Source: Trichoplax adhaerens (lineage: Eukaryota; Animalia; Placozoa). Taken from it: DNA of 64,000 bases. A program made the translations under genes and the position numbers. Position 1 is the stretch's first letter, and every line of letters starts with the position of its first letter. Location of the stretch: the NCBI RefSeq assembly GCF_000150275.1, contig NW_002060944.1, positions 3,972,123 to 4,036,122 on the forward strand. The letters are read 5' to 3'. Positions 27,601-39,950 of the stretch are shown one piece after another. A model generated the notes under the pieces. The model worked only from the letters and a program-made list of their open reading frames with translations, was not told where the DNA came from and made no database searches.

Positions 27601-30055
27601 TCTAATCAATCCAGTACCTCTGCATGCCAGCTCGATAAAACTAAGTCATAAAATTCTTCAAACATTGGTAACGTTTCCATATCTTCTCTAATTAACGCTG
27701 ACCAGGCATCCTGTAGAACACTTTTACGACAATGATTGTAGTAACGTTCTAAGAAGTTCATGCGATAGATATCCTGAAATATTCTGACATAATCGCGTGT
27801 TGCTTCTATGAAAGACAAATTTGCAACGTATTCTCACTTATGGATATTTAGCTGATAAATAATTTGAAAGTAAAAAAATTTTCTAACCTATATCATGATC
27901 ATTAAAAGCAGCGATGAGTTTCGGCGATACTAAAGCTTCTAATTTATCTTTTAATTTTTCTAACGTTTGTTTACGCTTTTCATAATCCGGTAAGTAGTTA
28001 AGAACTTCCTATAATACCAATAAATTAATTACGATATCTCTTATTAAGACGCATTCTGTTTACATATAAATGGGTAAAAAAGTAATAACTTAAGAAACTT
28101 TGCTTTTCGTTTCAAACATACAGCATTATTGAAAGTTCTATTTACTACATGTCGTATACTTACAAGGCTGTGTTGCATACTTGTGAGCATACTAGCAATC
28201 TGTAAAGAAAACCGTTATTAACTTTTGTATAAACCCATCTCCAAATAAACTTTATTCACCACCAGTCCCAGCAGATACACTGACCGGTTAAGGCTACACT
28301 ATATCAAGACTCACTTTTAAATACTTACAGCATCAATATCTCCACGCTTACAGATACCATCCACATCTGACACTAAAACGCTCCAATTATCAGCTTCCTG
28401 CATATTCAATAAATCCATATTAAAAGATTTTGATATGATAAAAATGCTTTAAATATTGATTCATTAGGTGACGTTATTTACATTATAGCATTACTATTAC
28501 TATAATACTATAGTTACACACTTGTATGACATTAGAGGCAGCTTGCATCCGAGATTTAATGCTGTCTAATTCAACTAGCATTTTCATGGATTCAGATGTT
28601 TCTATCTCCACCTATAAGGGTAATATGCAACAATACCATCATCTCTTAGGGGTTAAAAATAAATAAATCTAATAAAATTTAGCTATTCTTGTATTCGTAT
28701 AAAACCCTATCATTGTATCAATCAACAAAACTATACGTATATCGTAACTTAGTACATTTCTGCATTAGCAGCTAAAATGGAGTAGTCTACCCGCTTGCAA
28801 TAGTGAAAAATAGTAATAAAGATACCTTCTCTATATCGTTTTTGACAGAGTTCATCTGATCTTTTAATAAAGTTGTCTCTTTATAGACCCCTTCAATTTC
28901 ACGTAGAACCCTAAATATGACATCAATTACTAATCCATAAGTAATCAATCGAACATTTATAACGATTCCTACAGCACATTTACAAGCAATCAGCATTAAT
29001 AGCTGTGTACTACAAGGGTATGTAAATCTTTATCATTAAATATCATAGTGAACATATCGAGCCTATAAACGATGAGTAATACTAATGCATCTCATTTTAA
29101 GAGTACGTATGTCATTTGTATACAACAGGAATGAAGAGTAGCATTTGTAAACAGTAACGACAGGTACCTAGGTAGATTTTGAACCATTTGCTGGCTTTCT
29201 TCTTCTAATGTATTATTGGCTTCCTGTAGATTAGATAAAGTAAACATTCATCTTTTTAACTATCTTTAAAGCTACTATGACGTTTAGCTGTATAGACGCG
29301 TATATATACGATACGTTGTAACACTGTGCTGAAGAAGGAGGTAAATTAAACCTTATTACCTGAATATAAAGTTGTAATTTCATGACTAGAGTTGATGCAT
29401 GAGCCTGCAAGACAATATAAGTTGATGCAAATTATCAATACTTCATTTATCTACAGTAGTAGTATGTTATCAATCATACTAAATATGTTCCATCATTGTT
29501 AGTTGATATTTATTTATTTACATCTAAGGCAACGTTGGGATCTTTATTTGATCGAAGAGCTGCGTTAACCCATTTTTTTACATCGAAATCGCTATCGGAA
29601 AATCTGGAGAAATCCTACACAGCAAAAACAAACATTATACAACCTCTCTCTCTCTTTTTCTATAGCTAATGAAAAAATCAGACTAAGACACTTCAATATC
29701 GAAAGGAAAATGTTGAAATGGGTAGCCCAACAAATGATTGTACAATCATAGTAAACTATTTATCGTCTTCAAGAGGAAATTACCCCTATCTGCAACTGTT
29801 CGACTGTCGCTATGCAAAATTATCGTCGTCGAATGCAGAAACTAAAGTAGAAAATAAGCAATTCCTTTCTAATATGAGTGTAATATCCATACTAGTAGCT
29901 GCAAGCTATTGAAAATAAAGCAATATAACGAACGACTAAAATTTTTGAAAGTAATGTCTTACGCATACATGGCATAGCACCATACTGTGACCTAAACGTC
30001 ATTGCACTAGCTCGTCTTTTTACAAGCCTATTTAATCCCTACATTCATTTACCAT
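24694..30055 (-). CDS. COG7: Conserved oligomeric Golgi complex subunit 7
   Basis: ATG-only first coding exon (30053-30055) spliced to DFSRFSDSDFDVKKWVNAA, then HASTLVMKLQLYIQE, DDWTVFQNAFRLIQTCG, YITQIGDYLLNLPQQLEPF and WLGAVARGT. Stop TAA at 24694-24696. Confidence 0.93.
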
Positions 30056-30567
30056 GACGTTAACGGCGTGTAAATCTTGCAGATATGTCTTGAAAAGCTT
30101 AAGACCAGCAGTTTTTCTTAGACTTTTTACGTCAATATTCACTACAACATCATCATCTCCTTAGATATTCGACCATTTCATTGAGGCAGCACAACTTTCA
30201 ATGGCGGCTGTCCAACTTGTGAAAGCTGGACCAATACCGACCTGGGGAGAAGTGATCGCTATGGGAATGACTTAGTACCGAAAACTGTACCCTTGACTGG
30301 ACTACAGTACCGTAGACTGGTACTGTATGAGTGGCAGTACTAACGCGTCATCATTATTCGATTGTATACGGACGGTACAGCAGGTGGGACAAGATACGGC
30401 TGGTTGGTTTCTTTTGTATGGCAACTCGGCCGTGGTAGGAGTCACACGAGTTGGGTAGCAGGTGTGCGACAGTACCGTGTACTGTACGAACTCAGCCTGT
30501 ACTGTACACTGTACACTGTATAGGATGATACCTTGCTCCACTACACTGATGATGCGCAATTTAGCAA
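30056..30567. promoter_or_regulatory. Probable bidirectional promoter between COG7 and EXOSC2
   Basis: Head-to-head ATGs ~510 bp apart. The interval is GC-richer than its flanks and carries TACAGTA/TACTGTA clusters. Confidence 0.65.
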
Positions 30568-32821
30568 ATGCTCAAAATGGCTAATCGTGCCGGGAACAAC
30601 CTTGGCAATCGCTACTCGGATGAACTTACAAGCACTTTAATCACTCTTCCAAGCAAGAGATTAGCATTAGCCAAGTCTACATTAGATGCAATACGAGATA
30701 AGCACTTTGTATGTCCTGGTAATACAATCACAGAAGATATTGGTTATATGAGGTTATAATCCATGTACAGTAATTAAAATCGCTAAAATCTGCACAAAAT
30801 GGCAATGAATATTATTATACCTTATATGCACAATGATACTTATATTTTCGCAACTCATATTCAACGTAAAATAGAACAAAGAATTGAGGATATTCATTAA
30901 AATATTATTATCTGCTCTTAACTTCTTGCCAATATCAAAATAGTGCATATATAAATATTGGTAATAAATGACAATTTTCCATTCATGTAGAGGCCATGGA
31001 ACCTACCTACAAGACAACAAACTCAAGGCTTCTGTTGCAGGGTTCGTCGAAAAGGTCGGAAAGCTGATTTGCGTCAAGCCTGTCAAATCAAGGTACTACA
31101 TTCCCTCTATCATAATTCATTCAAATATACAAAGCTAAGGTATACTAGTAGGCTATGATAGACTACACTTAAGTACTCCTTGCATATAATTATTAAATGC
31201 TCGTATAAATGAATTACTGTTTCATCAACTAACAATATGATAATATGCGTATCTCGATATCAATAATTCTGCAACGAAATTTCTAAAATTGCTAATTCTC
31301 ATCTCATAGATATAACGGCGAAGTCGGTGATGTTGTGGTTGGTATAATTACTGAAGTAAGTGCATAATACACTTACTACTTTAAAGAAGCTTTAATTGCA
31401 AATTTGTTGTCAATTTTACGCATTGCAATCTTTATACAGTAATAAGTATATACTGTACTATGTATTTACTTGACTGCCACTTATTACTAAAGTAGTTTTC
31501 GATTGCACGCAACTACAGCACCATAGTACATTAATATAACTACATGATACTGTATGTACTGTATATTTAGGTTGGCCAGAGGCGTTGGAAAGTCGACACT
31601 TATTCTAGATTAGATTCACTTTTAATGCTATCGGCCGTAAATCTACCAGGTGGAGAATTGGTACGTTTCTACTGTAAATGATCAACAACGCCTGCGCTTT
31701 TTGTCTGCGTTAATGTGGCATTCAATTAGCATTATTGTTTTAAAACGTGAATTAAATAAGTAAAAAGCTCTCTTTTTCTTGATTTTTTACTAAAATCAAC
31801 AGAGGCGGAGATCGGAGAAAGATGAACTAATGATGAGACAGCATCTAACTGAAGGAGATCTAATTAGTGTATCCTAATGACGTGTAGCCAGTAGTTAACA
31901 CTGTATAATATTGCATAATTGTCAGAATTACTTCTACAAATTATCGCCATGCAGTAGATAGCAAATACATTCAATGGTTTAGTAGCTTCGTAATTCCACC
32001 AAAATCAGCTATTGCATATTACAGTATTTACCCTTGACGACAATTGCATCTAGGCTGAAGTACAATCCGTTCACGGTGATGGCTCATTAGCATTGCACAC
32101 GAGAAGTCTAAAATATGGCAAGGTAAGGTAGTCCTATCTTTCATACGTAATCGTATGAAACTAAATCTGTACTGAGTTTGCCTACATCTATCGCTAACGT
32201 TATTGTATAATCCTATTCAATAGCTGATTCAGGGTACTTTGGTAACAGTAGCTCCAGCATTGATAAAAAGATGCAAGACGCATTTTCATAATCTAGAATG
32301 TGGAGCTAGCATTATTTTAGGAAATAATGGTTATATTTGGATTTCTCCGCTATTGAAGGAAGATGCGGAAAATCAAACAACAAAGTCGGATACCTCAACA
32401 CGTAGCGATCCCTTAAAGGTATAATTAGCTTGATTTCTATCAGATTTTACCACAACTTTATAATTGACAACCTGATGATTAATTAACGTCAATATTTTTA
32501 TGTTTCTTTCCTTATCAGGAGATAAGTTTAGTCGAACGTGAAATTGTAGCTAGATTAAGAAATTGTATTATGGCATTGGCCGAACGACAAATGTTACTAT
32601 ATGATACATCCATAACTTATACATACGAAGCATCTCTAAATTATCAAGTAAGTCAACATAAGAAGTGAATCAATCATTAAATAATTATTTATGAAACAAT
32701 AATGGAATTTAAAGATCAGAAACTGATTAAAAATATTACGATATTTTATCAGGTCAGAGAACTGCTACAAGCAGACGTAATCGAAGAAATTACTGATAAA
32801 TGCTGTCAAAGATTACTTTAA
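30568..32821 (+). CDS. EXOSC2: Exosome complex component RRP4, 9 exons
   Basis: Motifs PGNTITEDIGYMRGHGTY, RYNGEVGDVVVG, LSAVNLPGGELRRRSEKDELMMR, LHTRSLKYGKL and IILGNNGYIWI. Stop TAA at 32819-32821. Start is 30568 or 30577. Confidence 0.95.
31869..32053 (+). other. U12-type (minor spliceosome) GT-AG intron in EXOSC2
   Basis: 5' splice site GTATCCTA, branch-site-like ACCCTTGAC at 32030-32038 close to the terminal AG, and no polypyrimidine tract. Joins GDLIS|AEVQ in frame. Confidence 0.85.
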
Positions 32822-33018
32822 CTCATGTTCAAACAGTAAATGCTACTTTTCTGATATTTCTAATCTTATTCAATCATGGATAAAGACGTATATTTACAAG
32901 GTATTTTTATTGTTTCTTAATGGTAAATAAATAATATAAAAGTATTATTGTACTGTACAACGTGTTCATAGTTACATAAATTACTCCTGTATTTTAGACG
33001 ATGCCAAAGGGCATTACA

Positions 33019-35841
33019 TTATTTATCGAAAGCAATAAATTGCACTTTCTCCGTTTTATTTCGCTTCTGAACATGCTCAGCGAGTCTTTCAAGATACCTA
33101 CTCAAGGACTCGGATGAGTTGTTATTATTACGTGCAGTGTAGAGAGGAGGTGGAGTTGCAATTGACGAATGCTCAGCCTCTTTAAATACAGAATTTCCAA
33201 AACCTAAAGCGTTCTTCTTTTTCCGTTTTAAATGATCCAGTGGATACATGATTATTCCCGATTCAGGATCATCTTCTGTTTTTACATTACTTTTGCATAT
33301 CGCGTTAGTATCATTATTTGTACTACCCTCTGGCGAATATCCCACAGTGGTATCATTAGATTTAGTATTAGATGATGTAGAAGATTTTTCTTGAGCATTA
33401 ACTGTCAATTTCGCTTCAGGATTCTTTTCTTTCAAGTAACTCTGAGCCAGTAACTTGATACGTGGATCTTTCGCAGCAGCTTTCTGTTTCTTTAGCACAG
33501 TAGTCACGCATTCTTCGTAATTGCCTGTCACGCACGGATTGATCTTATAACCTTTAAATAAGAATTCGAAAATACGTCAGGATGCAATATATTCATTAAT
33601 TAATTATTCCACTTTAATCTTACGCAATGTCGATACAAGCAATAACACTATCTTTGTACGTTGTTTATACTCAATAAAGCAATGATTGCTAGCAATTGGT
33701 TCATTACAGCGCTACTTGTCATACGTATATGTCCAATATCTTGTTAGTACATCAAAATTTTTCAAGACACATTGTCCAATCAAGTTTTAAAGAATTGATA
33801 ATTCAATATTGTGAGTGACTTTACCAACTAGTCTATATATTAAACATAAATTATAATTCAGCAATACAGACCACAAGAAATCTACGCTGCTACGAAACCC
33901 ATTAACATCTTGAAAACGTTAATAGCAATAGTAATAATTCTTAATGTCTTTCTATACTTGGTATACATATATGCATATGATAGATGCAGAGGCTGTTCAC
34001 ATACTATGCAAACGGAAATAAAATGCTGTCAATTACTTCTAATTACATCGTATACAGTTTTAATGGCAATAACAATCTACGGTCTACTGTCGACCGAGGT
34101 TTCACCACTTAAAAATTGACTTCACTACATTCGACTAAAATCTCGAGTATTCGGAGTAGAAAGGTGAGACTCGATATGACCTCCAATGGCGGATATAAAA
34201 TTGTTATCATGGGATCAATCAGCATGAAATTGTTTCCAAATTGTAATTGATTAATTCATATGGTTACCATGATGCTCCTAAGCACTTTTATGAAGTGTAC
34301 CGTAAACAGTACTGCATATACTGTAGTCTAGATGTGTAAATGTGTACATGCACTGTTGTGTATGGTCCGTGTTAAGGGGAGAAGTTAGATAAATCCTTCC
34401 TCCATCCCTCTATATTTTCTAGTTTCTATGTACTGTAATTTTATTACTCCGCATACTGCTAGCTTTCCGTCTGGTAAATTAATTATCTCAGCGCAAAATT
34501 CAAATGGTACAACAAACAAATAAACACTACGTTTCACAACTTACAGTACATAGTCGAAAGACAAAACATGCAATAAAAACTTGGCTACTGTATTTCCATC
34601 GCCAACAATTTATTTACTGAAATAGTGAGATTTCTACTCCATTTTACAAAGTAGCAGTATAAACTATTGACCTAAACTGGCCTTAAAAGCATTGACAGGG
34701 GCGACTCTTTATCCTAATAAATTATCATAAACCATTCAAATACGATTATAAAATTTGACTATGACTATCGATTATGCATCAATTTGCGCCAAAATAATAA
34801 TAGTCAGTAGACGTAATTTTATCATGACGTTCTAAACAACCGTACGCTATGATACTCTGCTGTTGAACAGCAATTTATGTCAAAGTATCGGCTAGAGAAA
34901 TTGCACATAAGAAGTAATAGATCATATTTGCCTTTATCGTTGTCATCGGATTCTTTCTTCCTGATATAATCCAGGGCAGAAGCTCCAGTACGTGTTTTCT
35001 TACTTTCAGTAGGACCCGAGTTATTCGTACTGGCCAAACGATCCCTATATTCAGCCATTGATATTTTCTTCTTTTTGGATACCTGCTTATCCTCCTCAAC
35101 CGTTTTTTGTAAATCATCATAAGGTTGATCTAACCAGTAATACTGACAATCATCCAAGTTGATGATATGATCAAAGTTCACATCTGATTGATCTTTCATC
35201 GATTTACAGCTCACTATCTTCATACCACAACCGTTATTACTTTGTATTTGTCCATCTTGGATATGGGTGTTATTTTGTGCACCAATATTGGAATTAGCAG
35301 GTTTTATGCCAGCATTGGTAGTATCATTAGCATGTTCATAGACAGTAACATGAGCTGTTTTGCGCGACGCAGTTCGATGCTCTTGGCTATCATTCCTATT
35401 AGCGGATGATTCATTGGTAGACGATAATTTCACTGTTGGAAATGCAACATGAGATGCAACGGCCACCACAAGAGATGCGATATACACTTCTAAGCCAAGT
35501 TCACTTTGTTCATTAACATCTTGATCGTCCGTACTTGCTAATTTGGATGATTCTGTCCTTATAAGTTGTAGCGACCAAAAGGCTAAATTGGCTAAAATCT
35601 CTTCCTTCCTATACGTATTTTCCAGGCCGCCATGTTTGTATTTCGCTAATAAAAAAGAAGCTAATTGTCCTACCACGGCGCATTTACGTCTAAGATCAGC
35701 AATACTGATTGAATGGGGCGATATAGAAGTGATGGAAGAAATTAAAGAGTCACAAAGAGAGGAGATACTATAAGGAGAGGTAAGACTTAATTTTTCAAAA
35801 TTATCTAAAAACTGATTGATGGTGTTATTCATGTCTGCCAT
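33019..35841 (-). CDS. Uncharacterised protein, ~480 aa, probably 2 coding exons
   Basis: The 339-aa and 170-aa ORFs join in frame through a phase-1 intron, AAG|GCAAAT (34931) to TTAAAG|GT (33552). Helical N-terminus, KKKKISMAEYRDR motif, low-complexity Asn/Ser/Thr-rich segments. Confidence 0.65.
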
Positions 35842-36480
35842 GGCTGGATCAATGAGAACTGCAGGTAGTCAGGAATTGTACTGTTCTACAACATCGATAT
35901 TTAGTAATGCCTCAATCTACCAATCGATCGTGTATTCTGACAATAATTTTCAGCCCTTCAATACTCTACTCTATTCGATATCATCAATTGATCGACTGTA
36001 GGATATTAGCGGAAAACTCTGGCATCAGTTTTGGAAAATAATTTCAAACTACAGTAATGCAGCGCTGGCCGTTTCGCACCAGTACAGTGCAGATGACTGT
36101 AGGGTGGTACAGTACCTTGGTTCAAGCAAAGCTGTCCTAAATTCTATCCAGATATGGCGTAGGCCTACCCGATGCAGTATTCTCCAAAGCGACAGTGTTT
36201 TATCCTTATTCGGTCAATGCGATTCTGCTGAGTTATCCTGCCGGATTTCAAGATTCTCGAGTGTAAGAAGCTACGGTAGAACTGCAGCACTGAAATAGGT
36301 TAAGCACACTCTATTTCACAAATTGAGACTGGAACTAGAGCAGTAAACGACAGTAATTAATAATTACTATGATTATTACAGTAATTAATTACTGTGATGG
36401 AATCACGCTCAGCTTCAGCTTTGGTTTCATGCTCAGTAGCCTTGCCCTAGTCGATGATCTTGTCCAAGGTGAAAAGTGCT

Positions 36481-37613
36481 GTATGATTTGAAATTCATTT
36501 CATGTTCGACCTTATGGTGGATAGGACGATCGGATCTAGAAATCGAGGGCTCAATATTGCTCCCATCTTGGTATTGCTACTGTATTTTCTTGACTGAACT
36601 TCGAATAGAATGTGTTGTATGATTAGAAATTCATTTCACATTAGACCTTCCGATCGAATCTAAAAATCGAGGGCTCAATATTGCTGCCATTTTGGTATTG
36701 CTACTCTATTTCCTTGACTGAACTTCGAATAGAATGTGTTGTATGATTTGAAATTCATTTCACATTAGACCTTATGATCGAATCTAAAAATCGAGGGCTC
36801 AATACTGCTCCCATCTTGGTATTGCTACTCTATTTCCTTGACTGAAATTCGAATAGAATGTGTTGTATGATTTGAAATTCATTTCATATTAGACCTTATG
36901 ATCGAATCTAAAAATCGAGGGCTCAATTTTTGCTCCAATTTTGGCATTGCTACTCTATTTCCTTGACTGAAATCGGAGTAGAATGTGTTGTAAGATTTGA
37001 AATTCATTTCACATTAGACCTTATGATGGATAGGACGATCGGATCTAAAAATTGCGGGCTCAATATTGCTGCCATTTTGGTATTGCTATTCTATTTCCTT
37101 GACTGAAATTGGAGTAGAATGTGTTGTATGATTTGAAATTCATTTCATATTAGACCTTCTGATCGAATCTAAACATCGAGGGCTCAATATTGCTGCCATT
37201 TTGGTATTGCTACTCTATTTCCTTGACTGAACTTCGAATAGAATGTGTTGTATGATTTGAAATTCATTTCACATTAGACCTTATGATCGAATCTAAAAAT
37301 CGAGGGCTCAATATTGCTCCCATCTTGGTATTGCTACTCATTTCCTTGACTGAAATTCGAATAGAATGTGTTATATGATTTGAAATTCATTTCATATTAG
37401 ACCTTCTGATCGAATCTAAACATCGAGGGCTCAATATTGCTCCCATCTTGGTATTGCTACTCTATTTCCTTGACTGCAATTGGAGTAGAATGTATTGTAT
37501 GATTTGAAATTCATTTCATATTAGACCTTCTGATCGAATCTAAACATCGAGGGCTCAATATTGCTCCCATTTTGGTATTGCTACTCTATTTCCTTGACTG
37601 AAATTGGAGTAGA
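36481..37613. repeat. 124-bp tandem repeat, ~9 copies
   Basis: GTATGATTTGAAATTCATTTCA starts at 36481, 36617, 36741, 36865, 36990, 37126, 37250, 37373 and 37497. Copies 1 and 5 have a 12-bp insertion. Confidence 0.97.
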
Positions 37614-38080
37614 ATATCTTATTATTAATTAATTGACTACGCTATATGGAGTCGACGACGAACGCCATGATTTGGACATTTCCTGGGCGCTGCGTCCGTG
37701 GACCGGATGCTCATCGCATAGCGTCCTGTACTATGTTGGACTGAAACATGCAATCCATTTCCTTGGTTCAGTATACGCTACTCCTGTGATATTGCACTAC
37801 TGTACTGGAGATTGATCTTGCTCCGATGGAACGCAAACATACGGACAGTATGGATGGACAGTATCGTGCAGGATTGGACCCGGGGGGGATCCATTTTCTC
37901 CATAGTTATCCCTGGTAAGGTACGCGAACAGTGTCATCATCGTACTGTACCATAGTCGATCAATGACTAGGAGTAGAGTACACCACCCGTACACTACCTA
38001 CAGCGCAGTCAAAGCGCTTGATCTGAAAGTTGAACCCGGTAATCGCCTGGACTAAAATCGGACGGAGTCGATCAAGCAAC

Positions 38081-39429
38081 ATGGCGAAGCAAACTGGTCG
38101 CGAGCAGGAACAGCTACAACAGAAATTACAAGCTGAAGTAGAGAAGTATAAGGAGCTACAAAATGGTATGCAAGCATTTGATATCATGTAGTGCTACAGA
38201 AAGAGAAATTACTGAACGTATAATGCGATTTTACGATCCAATACATGACCTTCTATCTCGTCGTAGCAAGGTGATTGATCACTCCATTTTCCAAAACCAT
38301 TTCATATTCGTTCTCGTATTGTAGAGTTCATCACTTACTCTCAATCAAGTCTCTACAAGTTTCAATTGAAACGATGTCAAAATGAAACACTCATTGTATC
38401 AATTAGCTATTACTTTACACAGTTCTTTTCATGAGATGGATCATGTTCATGGTGATTGATCACTCCATTTTCCAAAACCATTTCACATACGTACTCGTAT
38501 TGTAGAGTTCATCACTTACTCTCAATCAAGTCTCTACAAGTTTCAATTGAAACGATGCCAAAATGAAACACTCATTGTATCAATTAGCTATTACTTTACA
38601 CAGTTCTTTTCATGAGATGGATCACTCCATTTTCCAAACCATTTCACATACGTACTCGTATTGTAGAGTTCATCACTTACTCTCAATCAAGTCTCTACAA
38701 GTTTCAATTGAAACGATGCCAAAATGAAACACTCATTGTATCAATTAGCTATTACTTTACACAGTTCTTTTCATGAGATAAAGATCATGCTTTCTATTTA
38801 ACCTTACCCTTGATGGACTTTTTAATTACAGACGTTCAAAAATCGGTCTCCTCGAGAAACCAACTCGATGCTCAATTGAATGAAAATCAAATCGTTAAAA
38901 ATGTAAGTACAGTAGTATCTTTCAAGGAATAACCTATCTATGGGTAGACTTACTTCAAGTACAAACCAAGATCTGATTGAACATTATCTACAGTTTGAAC
39001 ACGATGATACATCTTGTGCTCGTCTAGCGGTAACGATAATACACTGATTGAGTATCACGTATTCCATGACACTAACAATTAGCATTGTAAATCAGGAATT
39101 AGATAGGCTGGATAGCAGCAATAATGTTTACAAGTTGATTGGGCCTGTATTGGTCAAGCAAGATCTATTAGAAGCAAAGCAAAACGTTCAGAAGCGGATT
39201 GAATATATAGAAAATGAGATGTAAGATATCTTATTATGCCATGTTGCTAAACTGACGATATCATGCTCAACTGCAAAGCATGAGAATAATTTTTGGGACA
39301 TATCTTAGCTCTAGGCAAGAAAAGACTACCAAGGATTTGAAGAAAAAGCAAGATAGTATTCGAGAGGATGTTACTAATCTACAACAGCAATTTCAAAAGG
39401 CTCAGTTAAGAGCAGCTGGAGTCAGATAA
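38081..39429 (+). CDS. PFDN6: Prefoldin subunit 6 (KE2), 4 exons
   Basis: Exons 38081-38165, 38832-38902, 39096-39220 and 39309-39429. Sequence RNQLDAQLNENQIVKNEL..VYKLIGPVLVKQDLLEAKQNVQKRIEYIENEI. Not reported in the ORF track because the exons are short. Confidence 0.95.
38270..38779. repeat. ~160-180-bp tandem repeat, 3 copies, in PFDN6 intron 1
   Basis: GATCACTCCATTTTCCAAA...CTTTTCATGAGAT occurs three times. Confidence 0.95.
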
Positions 39430-39950
39430 TATGTACTATAATAAACTGAGACTGATTCGCAATCCCTTTGCTGTATTCCACATTAAAAATTTTTTGTGTA
39501 TTTAAATGTATCTTGCGTATGCTCTATACGTGTATAGTATTTGCATGCTACTCTAACCTCTACGTATTACTGTAATGTAGTTACTTGATTTGATTATTTC
39601 AACAATTAATTTTATTGCCACCCTAATCTGTATACCTGACAAGATACTAATAATAAAACAATCGTGCATTCATTCTCTACTCTATTCTTGCAGATACTAG
39701 CCAACCTTGACTTGAGTACATATACCAATACCGTAAAATCAGAAGAACTATAATTAATTAAGAACTGCACTTTCTGTACAATAATGACTAACAATGTTTC
39801 ATCTGATAACATGGCCATAAAAACCTCAAAGAGTCGACAATTTTGCTGTAGAGTATTAGCGTAAAAATTGGGGGTGAATGACTTTATTACAATAACAATA
39901 TTTTAATCGTCAAAATCCTATCCATAAGGCTTCACTATGCCAATCATAGG

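Noticed and set aside
30053-30055. ATG-only first coding exon of COG7 as a novelty
   Set aside because: An intron directly after the start codon is a common eukaryotic arrangement.
14607-37613. Tandem arrays as CRISPR arrays
   Set aside because: Whole units repeat with no unique spacers, there are no cas genes, and the context is eukaryotic.
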